Positions 9,381 to 18,234 of a stretch of DNA of 33,207 nt are shown piece by piece; the stretch's first letter is position 1; every line of letters begins with the position of its first letter. This stretch comes from Paludibacteraceae bacterium (GTDB taxonomy: Bacteria; Bacteroidota; Bacteroidia; Bacteroidales; Paludibacteraceae). The translations under genes and the position numbers were made by a program. The DNA lies in assembly GCA_045589995.1 (NCBI GenBank), contig JAZNQB010000010.1, forward strand, positions 1-33,207. Reading direction: 5' to 3'. The notes beneath the pieces were generated by a model. The model was not told the origin of the DNA. It searched no databases and worked only from the letters and a program-made list of their open reading frames with translations.

Positions 9381-10523
9381 TTAAAGAGACGCAGCCAATC
9401 CAAGTGAAACCTCAATCCATGTGGCATAGCCCAATGGAAGAACCTTGACTTGTACTTGCACTGTTGAGGTGTTGATCACATCTTGTTTGGTTGGAACCAC
9501 AACCTCACAATCACTGATCTGTTCGCTCATATAGGTGCGAATAGCTAAGTCAAGCGTTGCCTCTATGTGATTAGCGTCTGCGGGTTCTATACTACCATCT
9601 TTTGCCATTTTAACAGGTTCCTCAATGAATGGCAAATACGCTTGTGCAGCGATACGTTGTGCACGGTCGATCACACGCCCATGTACGAGGATACGGAAAT
9701 CATCATTTGCACAAGTGTTGTCACGGCCGAAATAGTAACCTGCTGCACCTGGACGAGTCATGAAGGTCAAGAAGCCTGCATCATGCAATGTTTCCAAACC
9801 TGCAAACTCTTCAAGTGGGGTGCCACCGATATACATTTGTGTTGCAGTCAGTGATCCATTACTACCAGCACCGAGTTTGACATGACTACCATACTTTGCA
9901 GCACGTGCTAAAGCCAAACCCACAGAAGCATGACCATCAGTATTAGTTCCACCTAACACCACACAAGCAAAGCCGTTGGTGGCTGCATTAGGTTCAAAAT
10001 CGTTTTCTGCGGTCTCATTAGCAACGATACCTTCAATAAGGAATCGCACTGGTGTATTGGCTTTTTGAAGAGCTTCACCGGTTGCCTTTGCGACAGTGAC
10101 AGCTGCTTGTACATCTTTGTCCAAGAATGCTGTACCTGCATTGTAGGTAGCACTTGCTTCGCGAGCAATAGCAACCATAGTAATATCGCCACCTGCTGCA
10201 CGAATTAGTTTCATGATACCATTAGCTTCAGTGGACTTCAGAGCTGTCTCCATTGTCATATCAGGGGCAGTACCCATGATATAGAGCAACTTCGTTCCTC
10301 CTAACTCAGTATAGTACTCATCAAGCAGAGCATGCGCAAATGGTTCTGCTTGTTGGGTGATTCCCGATTTTTCTGCGTCAGCCAGGCTGTACACTTTCAA
10401 CACCTTCGCTACAAGCGATGGGGTTTTTACCGTCACAAGCAAACCAGGCACGCAATCGGCAGCATTGATTTCTTTCAATAGATTGCCGTTCGTTACATTG
10501 ACATTTACTCCAGGGAATGGCAT
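9381..10523 (-). CDS. tail sheath protein
   Basis: 380-aa ORF (similar in size to the P2 FI sheath) immediately upstream of the tube gene. Call is by synteny and size. Confidence 0.6.
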   Translation of the reverse strand: MPFPGVNVNVTNGNLLKEINAADCVPGLLVTVKTPSLVAKVLKVYSLADAEKSGITQQAEPFAHALLDEYYTELGGTKLLYIMGTAPDMTMETALKSTEANGIMKLIRAAGGDITMVAIAREASATYNAGTAFLDKDVQAAVTVAKATGEALQKANTPVRFLIEGIVANETAENDFEPNAATNGFACVVLGGTNTDGHASVGLALARAAKYGSHVKLGAGSNGSLTATQMYIGGTPLEEFAGLETLHDAGFLTFMTRPGAAGYYFGRDNTCANDDFRILVHGRVIDRAQRIAAQAYLPFIEEPVKMAKDGSIEPADANHIEATLDLAIRTYMSEQISDCEVVVPTKQDVINTSTVQVQVKVLPLGYATWIEVSLGLAASL

Positions 10524-10527
10524 AGTC

Positions 10528-10851
10528 TTATTGTTGTTTTGCGAAGGTTAGCAGAGCCTCCTTCAGGGTTTCTTTTTTCATGTCTTCAGCCACGATTCCA
10601 AGCTCTGCCACTTTGGATTTCAGTTGGCTATATGTCATCGCCTCAATTTCTTCAGTTGTGAGTGACTGAGGCTCTTGCTTTGTTGCATTGAGAGATTCAA
10701 TGTTGTTGCGTCTGATAGCTTCAACAGGTCCTTTGCCATAGCTTTCAGCAGCGGACTCAGACAAAAACAACACACCACCAGCAACATAGACCACATCCGC
10801 ACTGGTGTAGCGCGAAAAATGGTCTTTTACTTTTTGATATAAATCTTGCAT
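10528..10851 (-). CDS. hypothetical virion/assembly protein with C-terminal HeH/SAP-like (Rho-N-like) motif
   Basis: 107 aa. The C-terminus EEIEAMTYSQLKSKVAELGIVAEDMKKETLKEALLTF looks like a helix-extension-helix DNA-binding motif. Function unknown. Confidence 0.4.
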   Translation of the reverse strand: MQDLYQKVKDHFSRYTSADVVYVAGGVLFLSESAAESYGKGPVEAIRRNNIESLNATKQEPQSLTTEEIEAMTYSQLKSKVAELGIVAEDMKKETLKEALLTFAKQQ

Positions 10852-11333
10852 ACTCTGTAAATGATAAAGATTAGTATTGACATTATTACTATTGCAACGG
10901 AGATCTTACCCAGTACCAAGCAAAAGGTTTCCCATTTGGATAACTCTATAGGCACTGGAACTGGAACTGTTTTTTTCTCCTCGCGCAATTCACGGATAGT
11001 CCGATCCCGCACTTCTATCTCAGCTATCAATGAGTCTTCCTTGCATTGAAAGTCAAAGAGTACTCCTCCGTCTTCTGTTGGGGTGGTTTGAAGATTCGCT
11101 TGTATGCGTGAACCATTGACGGAATCTAAAGTTGTAATAAGAAGCTGATTGTTTTCGTCACACTGAGCTAATGCACGAATGAGTGCGGAGTCCGGTTCCG
11201 CAACCTTGCGCTCTTCTATACGCGGTTCCTCTGTGATTTCGCGTGTAACATTGATGTCTGAAGTCACTATTGGTTTTGGGGTATTACACCCAAACAACAA
11301 TAGTACGATCAGTGTCCAATAAATGCGTTTCAT
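10827..11333 (-). CDS. unimolecular spanin candidate (N-terminal lipoprotein signal plus C-terminal TM anchor)
   Basis: 168 aa. The N-terminus MKRIYWTLIVLLLFGC has a signal peptide and lipobox-like FGC. The C-terminus has one TM segment (FCLVLGKISVAIVIMSILIFIIY) followed by basic residues. The start overlaps the holin stop as ATGA. Topology matches phage T1 gp11-type u-spanins. Confidence 0.5.
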   Translation of the reverse strand: MKRIYWTLIVLLLFGCNTPKPIVTSDINVTREITEEPRIEERKVAEPDSALIRALAQCDENNQLLITTLDSVNGSRIQANLQTTPTEDGGVLFDFQCKEDSLIAEIEVRDRTIRELREEKKTVPVPVPIELSKWETFCLVLGKISVAIVIMSILIFIIYRVCKIYIKK

Positions 11334-11587
11334 TGTGGGTCTTTTTTTAAGTCGTCAACAACTCCTGTTTTGAGCAATCGTAGTTCATGAATACAGCCTA
11401 CCAGGTCTATACCAACAGCCAATGCTCCGATGGATAGCAACAGTCCAGCACCTACAAGAACTGAGTTGTGAATTTCTCCCATTGGTGGGGCAAAGAAACC
11501 GCACATCATTAGGACAAAGCCAAGGACCAGACACACATAGAAGCGCACTTCTCTCCTATTGTCTTTTTTCGTTTTCTCAGTGTTCAT
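11330..11587 (-). CDS. holin candidate (two TM segments)
   Basis: Track ORF is 11330..11608. ATG 11587 overlaps the amidase TGA as ATGA. It has a charged N-terminus, TM1 VCLVLGFVLMMCGFFAPP, TM2 VLVGAGLLLSIGALAVGIDLV, and a charged C-terminus. Confidence 0.5.
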   Translation of the reverse strand: MNTEKTKKDNRREVRFYVCLVLGFVLMMCGFFAPPMGEIHNSVLVGAGLLLSIGALAVGIDLVGCIHELRLLKTGVVDDLKKDPQ

Positions 11588-12021
11588 GACTGTAGTGATT
11601 GTTTCCATTGTTCGACATCAAAGCACGGACATGCTTTATTGGCATAGTGATTGTGCCCATGAATGTTCTCCAACGGAATCTGATAGAGTTGCTGAAGTTT
11701 TATCACAAGATCCTTCAGTGCGGCATTCTGCGCCTCTGTCCTGGTGTCTTTTGAAGTCTTACCGTCTTTGGTTTTTCCTCCAATATAGCACACCCCTATG
11801 CTGAATCGGTTGTGTCCTGTGCAATGAGCTCCAGCGAGCTCTATCTTTCTTCCTTGTTGGATTGTACCGTCAAGAAGAATGACGAAATGATACCCTATAT
11901 CTTTCCAACCATTCCCTTTAGGCTTTGGCGCGGTATGCCAACGACGAATGTCTTCAGCAGTATCTGCACGCCCCTCTGGAGTGGCCGCACAATGAATAAT
12001 GATTTCGTCTATTCTTCTCAT
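11584..12021 (-). CDS. N-acetylmuramoyl-L-alanine amidase endolysin (Amidase_2 / PGRP, T7-lysozyme-like)
   Basis: 145 aa with IIIHCAATPEG, WHTAPKPKGNGWKDIGYHFVI, AGAHCTGHN and a C-terminal ACPCF, the typical zinc-amidase pattern. Confidence 0.85.
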   Translation of the reverse strand: MRRIDEIIIHCAATPEGRADTAEDIRRWHTAPKPKGNGWKDIGYHFVILLDGTIQQGRKIELAGAHCTGHNRFSIGVCYIGGKTKDGKTSKDTRTEAQNAALKDLVIKLQQLYQIPLENIHGHNHYANKACPCFDVEQWKQSLQS

Positions 12022-12040
12022 ATCACGGTACTTTATACGA

Positions 12041-12994
12041 TTAGGCAGCAGCCTCTACAATAGCAGCTACACCAGCCCAATCAGCACGACGGCAACGACC
12101 ACCTGCCTTTACAAGGGCACTGAACACATCACCATAGTACATTGGGTTTGCAAGGTCTTGGAATGGCACAATGTCACCAAGCGCTTTAGCAACGCAATCC
12201 TTTTGCCATGCAATACCACCTACACAGTCTGTTGCATTGAGTGCAGTGCCAGGAGCAATAGGTACACCAGCAGCGGTGAAGTAAGCGACGCTGCTTCGCT
12301 CCATAATGTTAAAGCCACACAATTTGCCGACAATACCTTCAGCCAAGTTTGCGGTACCTTGGAAAGCTGCCATTTGGTTGTCAGACAAAGACTCAATGAG
12401 TTCTTGATACATATTGCTCTCAAGCATCAAATATCGGTTTTGCTTGCTCACGTTGTCCTTATTAAACTTCAATGCAAGTGCTTGAACATCTTTATAGGTA
12501 AGCTTCTTACGATTTCCGGTTTGACCTTCCTCAACTACGGCACGGCTATCACCTGAAGTAAATACCACATTTCCAGAAGGAATTGTATCTGCTGTTTTAC
12601 CATCGTTTTTGTAGCCAGTCAGCCAGCTATAAATCATGTCATCACCAACAGCCTCCATCAATGTCTCTACATGATCACTAAGGACGGAATCTTGCTTATC
12701 AAAGCTAACTTCGTTATCCTCATGCCAGGACACATGAGTTGGATCTGTTGAAAAGACATTCAACGCATAGGTCACAAACGAATCATCGCGTTTGACTGCC
12801 GTTGCAGGGAAAGTACTACGGTTCTTCACTGTTTTTGGTGAAGCACCTGCTTGAGGAATGTGAACAACTGAACCATCAAGAACTTTGGTTGATTCATCTA
12901 CTGCGAACACCAAAAATGGGTTCATTTTACGCAATTTCTCGATGATGTAGTCAGCGAAAATTTGCACTGGAATTTTGGAAATTGAATTTGGCAT
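12041..12994 (-). CDS. major capsid protein
   Basis: 317-aa ORF immediately after the protease-scaffold gene. Size and position are typical of HK97-fold capsid proteins of Mu-like phages. Confidence 0.7.
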   Translation of the reverse strand: MPNSISKIPVQIFADYIIEKLRKMNPFLVFAVDESTKVLDGSVVHIPQAGASPKTVKNRSTFPATAVKRDDSFVTYALNVFSTDPTHVSWHEDNEVSFDKQDSVLSDHVETLMEAVGDDMIYSWLTGYKNDGKTADTIPSGNVVFTSGDSRAVVEEGQTGNRKKLTYKDVQALALKFNKDNVSKQNRYLMLESNMYQELIESLSDNQMAAFQGTANLAEGIVGKLCGFNIMERSSVAYFTAAGVPIAPGTALNATDCVGGIAWQKDCVAKALGDIVPFQDLANPMYYGDVFSALVKAGGRCRRADWAGVAAIVEAAA

Positions 12995-13029
12995 AGTTCA
13001 AAAAAAAATGAATGTGTTTGACTTTTGGT

Positions 13030-13977
13030 TTACTCTCCGATATGCTCCTTTCGGAGTTTTGCATAGTGATCTGGGAAGTTTTTCTTCACCATCTCAAGTT
13101 TGCCTTCATCGTACAACTCTTTGTACGTCTTGCCAGCAATCTCTTGAGGCAACTCAGCTTGAAGTTGGCTTGAGATTGTAGTTTGTGCAGGCATTGTAGC
13201 TACAAGTGCACCCAGACCATCTGAATTGCCCTTATAGTCAGCCTTTAACTTATCCGCCATTGCGGGGTTCATTTTGTGGTCAGCAAGCGCCTGCGAAATA
13301 ATAGATTGGATCTTATCCTCCTCTACTGAATCTTGCAGCGACTTCATTTGACCGCGGAGGTCCTCAAGTTCCTGTTCGGCGGCTTCGCATCGTTGTGCTT
13401 TTGCTACCAAATCACGAATGACCTCTGCAACTTGCTCTGGCGAACTGTCAGCAGCAAGGTTTGGAAGTCCTGCGTCAAGCAGAACTTTCACTTCAATCGT
13501 TGTTTTGTTCATAAAATCAGAAATTAAATTTGCGGAAAGATCGTGAAGGATAGAATCATCCTCCGCGAATAATTGTGCCACAGCATTATAGTTGCCTGGT
13601 ATGTCAACAATAGAACACTCGCGAGGGAACCATTTTGTAACTGTAGGACCTGTTTGTCCCTCCAATTTCATGCCTGGTTCATCGCTCCACTCCAAAGCTA
13701 CAATGTGCCCAACAGATGCAGCTGCATAAAAGCCATCCTGAATTTGTTTGACCAACTCTGGAAATTGTTCGTCATTCACAACTGGCTTTCCATAGAGAGC
13801 ACCATCGCGCACAACAAGGTCCTCCCATTTCACTGCCACTCCTCGCTCTCGATCGTGCATGAGGTAGCCAATCGCAGGTTTGAAACGTTCAAGTTGTAAA
13901 CCTGCGGTCAACATACGATAGCCATAGCAGTTGACGGAATCATCCGAAAGCAAAAATTCTTTTTCAATTTTCGTCAT
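13030..13977 (-). CDS. prohead protease fused to a C-terminal scaffold-like coiled coil (Mu gpI/Z analogue)
   Basis: 315 aa. The N-terminal ~160 aa resemble HK97-family prohead proteases (LSDDSVNCYGYRM..., IGYLMHDRERGVAV, AASVGH). The C-terminal half is a charged coiled coil (AEQELEDLRGQMKSLQDSVEEDK). Confidence 0.7.
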   Translation of the reverse strand: MTKIEKEFLLSDDSVNCYGYRMLTAGLQLERFKPAIGYLMHDRERGVAVKWEDLVVRDGALYGKPVVNDEQFPELVKQIQDGFYAAASVGHIVALEWSDEPGMKLEGQTGPTVTKWFPRECSIVDIPGNYNAVAQLFAEDDSILHDLSANLISDFMNKTTIEVKVLLDAGLPNLAADSSPEQVAEVIRDLVAKAQRCEAAEQELEDLRGQMKSLQDSVEEDKIQSIISQALADHKMNPAMADKLKADYKGNSDGLGALVATMPAQTTISSQLQAELPQEIAGKTYKELYDEGKLEMVKKNFPDHYAKLRKEHIGE

Positions 13978-14010
13978 TTGAATATCGTTTGAATAGTGTT
14001 TGGGTGTGCT

Positions 14011-14265
14011 TTATTTGATTGCTTCTACGCGAGAACGGCGCTGATCAGCTCGTTTACTGTTGCGCATACGTACATGCACATATACATCTTTAATAAATAC
14101 AATACGCCAAAAACTCCTCCACCAGAGAACACCATCCAAGCGTCTTTTCTCGTTCATACGGTGCTTTTTGAAGAAATTCTTTCCCCTTGCAAAAAACACA
14201 TACCACTTGCCACCACCAATAGCAAGCTGGATACCATCTTCTTTGTCAAATTCGTTTGTGAGCAT
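14011..14265 (-). CDS. hypothetical basic protein, first ORF of the leftward late operon
   Basis: 84-aa ORF rich in Arg/Lys/Trp. A TAATTTTG -7-like box lies on the minus strand ~38 nt upstream. No homology recognised; may not be translated. Confidence 0.3.
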   Translation of the reverse strand: MLTNEFDKEDGIQLAIGGGKWYVFFARGKNFFKKHRMNEKRRLDGVLWWRSFWRIVFIKDVYVHVRMRNSKRADQRRSRVEAIK

Positions 14266-14359
14266 AATTGTTTTTTTTGTCGCGTGAAACCTAATTCGGG
14301 TGCAAAATTACAACCTTTTTATGGCCATTCCTAATAGTACTGCCAATCTGACATTGATA

Positions 14360-14391
14360 TTTGAAAAACGACTGTTTTTGCAGTAATTTTG
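14360..14391 (+). promoter_or_regulatory. Bacteroidota-type promoter for the packaging operon
   Basis: TTTG (14360-14363), 20-nt spacer, TAATTTTG (14384-14391), 25 nt before the ATG at 14417. This matches the -33 TTTG / -7 TAnnTTTG consensus. Confidence 0.5.
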
Positions 14392-14416
14392 CAGCCGAAT
14401 TTAATTTTTCAAGCGC

Positions 14417-14869
14417 ATGGAAAAGAACGACAACAAACGACAAATCGCCCGAACATTGTTTGTTCAAGGCGGTATGACCCAAAAGGAAATCGCCTCTAAA
14501 TTAGAGGTGACTGAACAGACTATTTCTCGGTGGTCCAAAAAAGATCATTGGGACGAACTGAAGAAAAATGTAATGTCAGGCAAGCAAGAAATCTTGCGAA
14601 GTCTTTACACTGAATTACAGAAGTTGCAAAACATCATTGAGGCTCAAGGCGGAGTTGCGGACTCCAAACAGGCTGATATCCGACGTAAATTGATCACTGA
14701 TATTCGCCAGCTTGAAACACGCTACTCAGTCAGCCAAACAGTGCAAATCGGAATGGACTTTTGCGAGTTCCTGAAGGAGATTGATTTTGAGTTAGCAGGC
14801 AAAATTAGTAAGTACTACCAATCATTCATTGACGAACAAATTGAGAAACAGAAATGGCAAAAAGAATAG
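14417..14869 (+). CDS. terminase small subunit (Mu gp27-like, N-terminal HTH)
   Basis: 150 aa. HTH motif GGMTQKEIASKLEVTEQTISRWSKKDHW. It overlaps the large-subunit start by 16 nt. Confidence 0.6.
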   Translation: MEKNDNKRQIARTLFVQGGMTQKEIASKLEVTEQTISRWSKKDHWDELKKNVMSGKQEILRSLYTELQKLQNIIEAQGGVADSKQADIRRKLITDIRQLETRYSVSQTVQIGMDFCEFLKEIDFELAGKISKYYQSFIDEQIEKQKWQKE

Positions 14870-16395
14870 GAATCGCCAGTGATAGAGAATACCTTGAGTT
14901 GTTTCGTCAGTATTGCGACAATTTCAAGAACTCTACACCAATCAACACACACGAGACATCTGCACAACGACTGCGCCGTGTGGCCATGCTTGAAGCCAAT
15001 CCTGAAGAATGGTTCAAGTATTATTTCCCGAACTATTGTACTGCTGAACCTGCGAAGTTCCATAAAGCAGCTACGAAGCGACTGCTATCGCATGCAGAGT
15101 GGTTTGAGGTCCGCGCTTGGTCGCGTGAGTTGGCAAAGACAGCACGAGCTATGATGGAAGGGTGCTACTTAGCTCTCACTGGGCAAAACAAGAACTTCCT
15201 TATTGTTTCCAATAGTCACGACAACGCTGTGCTCCTGATGGCTCCATTCAAGGCATTCTTTGAATCGAACCAGCGCGTAATACAGGACTATGGCGCACAA
15301 ATGAACATCGGTTCATGGACGGCAGACAAATTCGTGTGCAAGAATGGGTGTTCGTTCAGAGCTCTTGGTTGGGGTGCGTCTCCTCGTGGAACCAGGAATG
15401 CAGAAAAGCGCCCTGATTTCATTCTTATTGATGACTTTGATACTGATGAAGAATGTCGCAATGAGGACACCATGAAAAATAAGATTGCGTGGATGGAGCA
15501 AGCACTTATTCCAACACGATCCATTTCAAATCCTACCCGAATCTTGGTCAATGGTAATATCATCAGTGACAACTGTATGGTCAAGTATCTTGGAGAGAGT
15601 GATACTTGCGACAAGTTTGACATCATCAACATTCGAGACAAAAACGGCAAATCCTCATGGCCAGAGAAAAATAGTGAGGAAGACATTGACCGCGTACTAT
15701 CGACTATTAGCTATGCTTCAGGACAAAAGGAGTATTTCAACAATCCAATGGACGGTGGAACAGTGTTCAAGGAACTCAAAGAGGGAAAGATACCGTCATT
15801 GCGCCAATGTATGAGCATTATATATGCCGACCCAGCCACATCTAACAAGGATCGCACAAGTGGTTCCTACAAAGCGATTGGCTGTGTCCTATATAAAGAT
15901 AGAACCTACTACATAGCTCGCGCCAAGGTTGACACCATGAGTACCACACATTTTGTTGAAGCGCTTTATGACATGTATGACTGGGCACGCTATCATGGTG
16001 CAGAAACTATACAGGTGCACATTGAGAACAATAGTCTTCAGGACCCATTCTACGAACAAGCCATGCTGCCTGTCATCTATGAGATTGGAAAGGCAAGAAA
16101 TGTATTCCTGCCTATCATTCCAGATACACGCAAGAAGGGCGACAAATACACGCGTATTGAGGGACTATTAGAGCCCATACACCGTGCCGGTTTTCTCGTC
16201 TTCAATGAAGCTGAACACGACGATCCTGGCATGAAGACACTCCGCACACAGTTCATCAACTTCTCTCCAAAGCAGAAACGCATTGATGGTCCTGATATGG
16301 TTGAAGGTGCTGTGTATATACTCAAAAAAAGGGCCGACACGGAAGCAAGCCAAGGAATTGTTCATATTAAACGCAAAAACTCGAAAAAAATATGA
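14854..16395 (+). CDS. terminase large subunit
   Basis: 513 aa. Has a Walker-B-like DFILIDDFDTDEE, an N-terminal ATPase and a C-terminal nuclease-sized domain. It lies between the small terminase and portal genes. Confidence 0.85.
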   Translation: MAKRIGIASDREYLELFRQYCDNFKNSTPINTHETSAQRLRRVAMLEANPEEWFKYYFPNYCTAEPAKFHKAATKRLLSHAEWFEVRAWSRELAKTARAMMEGCYLALTGQNKNFLIVSNSHDNAVLLMAPFKAFFESNQRVIQDYGAQMNIGSWTADKFVCKNGCSFRALGWGASPRGTRNAEKRPDFILIDDFDTDEECRNEDTMKNKIAWMEQALIPTRSISNPTRILVNGNIISDNCMVKYLGESDTCDKFDIINIRDKNGKSSWPEKNSEEDIDRVLSTISYASGQKEYFNNPMDGGTVFKELKEGKIPSLRQCMSIIYADPATSNKDRTSGSYKAIGCVLYKDRTYYIARAKVDTMSTTHFVEALYDMYDWARYHGAETIQVHIENNSLQDPFYEQAMLPVIYEIGKARNVFLPIIPDTRKKGDKYTRIEGLLEPIHRAGFLVFNEAEHDDPGMKTLRTQFINFSPKQKRIDGPDMVEGAVYILKKRADTEASQGIVHIKRKNSKKI

Positions 16396-16832
16396 TTATC
16401 TCTATTCAAGAACTACAACAAACTGAGCTCTATCCTGAAGTGATAGAAGCTATCTCACGGTCTTCAGAAGACGCAGTAAAATTGCAAATAATGGCAGCTG
16501 AATCATTTTGCAAGTCCTACTTATTCAAATATGATTTGTCTGCTGCATTTGGTACTGAGACAACTCCTCCTGAAGTGGACTCACCAATGCTCAAGAAGAT
16601 TGTCAAAACTATTGCAGCATACTACCTGCTGCGCATGGCAAACCCTAACTTCAACCTTGAACTATATCAAGGCGAATACGAAGCCGTTGTGCGACTGCTT
16701 GAGGACATCCGGGACGGCAACAACAACATCACTGAACTTCCATACAAAACCGATGACCCTGCTACTCCAGACATTGAGGGTGAATTGGGCACCTCATGGA
16801 GTTCTAATCCAAAACGCAAAAATCATTTCTAA
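16392..16832 (+). CDS. head-tail connector candidate (Mu gp36 / DUF1320-like)
   Basis: 146 aa. The start overlaps the terminase stop (ATGA). The N-terminal pattern IQELQQTELYPEVIEAISR...AVKLQIMAAESFCKSYL resembles gp36-type proteins. Low certainty. Confidence 0.4.
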   Translation: MIISIQELQQTELYPEVIEAISRSSEDAVKLQIMAAESFCKSYLFKYDLSAAFGTETTPPEVDSPMLKKIVKTIAAYYLLRMANPNFNLELYQGEYEAVVRLLEDIRDGNNNITELPYKTDDPATPDIEGELGTSWSSNPKRKNHF

Positions 16833-16834
16833 CT

Positions 16835-18169
16835 ATGGCACGCAAGAAAAAAGAAATCGCACCAGGTGTAACTAAAAAAACACCAAAAGTGGATAATCTC
16901 ATTATCACAGAGATTGTCAATGTTGCGCACAACCGGAATCGTAAAGATGTAGGTACACTGAAAAGCGCTATTGAGCGCGCAGAGTCAGTTACTATTCCAA
17001 ACAGGTATCGACTGTATGACCTCTATCACGATGTAGTGACCATTGACGGACACTTATCTGGACTACTCGACAAACGCACTAAATCTGTCACCAATAAAGG
17101 ACTGACATTCCACGACAATAGCGGTAAAAAGGTGGACGAATTAGACTCCCTTATCAATTCACCTCAATTTGAGCGTTTCGTTGAAATCTGTATGGAAACA
17201 CTCTATTGGGGAACATCCGCCATTGAGTTTATCGTTGGCCCAAATTTCAGTTTTGAGGAGATAGACCGCCGACACATTCGTCCTGAAGCACGAGAGATTG
17301 CCACCAACATGTTTGATAGCAAAGGTATCTCCATTGATAATTTGCCACAGGTGATGATCTTAGGTAAGAAGAACGACCTTGGCAAGCTATTGCAATGCTC
17401 CATGTACGCGCTATATAAACGCAGTGGATTTGGTGACTTTGCTCAATATGTGGAAATCTTTGGTCAGCCTGTGCGTGTAGTCAAATATGACGCATACGAT
17501 TCAGAGACACAGAAGAAACTGCGTCAGACATTAGAAGAATCAGGTTCGTCGCTGACAATCATGATTCCAAAGCAAGCAGATTTTGAAATGCTTGACGGCA
17601 AAACGAGCAATGGCAATGGCGAACTACAAAAATCACTCATAGAAGTCTGCAACCAGGAAATGTCTATTGCTATCCTTGGTAACTCAGAAACAACGACCTC
17701 AAGCAATTCATCAGGCTATGCGCAAGCAGCCGTTCACCAATCACAACAGTTGGAAATCACTCAGTCTGATTTGCGCTACATCTGCAATATCCTGAATAGC
17801 GAACAGTTCCTGAATATACTCACCAGCTATGGCTACAATGTGCAAGGTGGTACCTTCTGTTTCGATGAAGAAATTGACCTTCAAAAACTAAAATCACGCC
17901 TGGACATAGATATTCAACTCTCCAACAAGGTGCCTATCTCTGACGACTATTGGTACGAGACCTATGGAATACCAAAGCCAGATAATTACGACCAACTCAA
18001 GCAAGAGCAAGAGGAACGCCGTCAGGCTGTATTAGAAGCCATCAAATCAGGTGAAAAAGACAATGACAAGGGAAACACCCAAAACGAGCCCAAAGACAAA
18101 GAAAACGACCCTAAAAAGAAAAGCAAACTCTTTGACCAGTTAGCGGATTTTTTCGGGTTCGCCCCTTAG
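16835..18169 (+). CDS. portal protein (Mu gp29 / DUF935-like)
   Basis: 444 aa, located between the terminase and MuF-type genes, with an acidic/basic low-complexity C-terminal tail. Typical position and size for Mu-like portals. Confidence 0.8.
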   Translation: MARKKKEIAPGVTKKTPKVDNLIITEIVNVAHNRNRKDVGTLKSAIERAESVTIPNRYRLYDLYHDVVTIDGHLSGLLDKRTKSVTNKGLTFHDNSGKKVDELDSLINSPQFERFVEICMETLYWGTSAIEFIVGPNFSFEEIDRRHIRPEAREIATNMFDSKGISIDNLPQVMILGKKNDLGKLLQCSMYALYKRSGFGDFAQYVEIFGQPVRVVKYDAYDSETQKKLRQTLEESGSSLTIMIPKQADFEMLDGKTSNGNGELQKSLIEVCNQEMSIAILGNSETTTSSNSSGYAQAAVHQSQQLEITQSDLRYICNILNSEQFLNILTSYGYNVQGGTFCFDEEIDLQKLKSRLDIDIQLSNKVPISDDYWYETYGIPKPDNYDQLKQEQEERRQAVLEAIKSGEKDNDKGNTQNEPKDKENDPKKKSKLFDQLADFFGFAP

Positions 18170-18234
18170 TCGGGGGCGACACTATAGATGAGGAGTACGG
18201 AATAAACGAACTACCCCCATTAGTAGAAGGCGAT

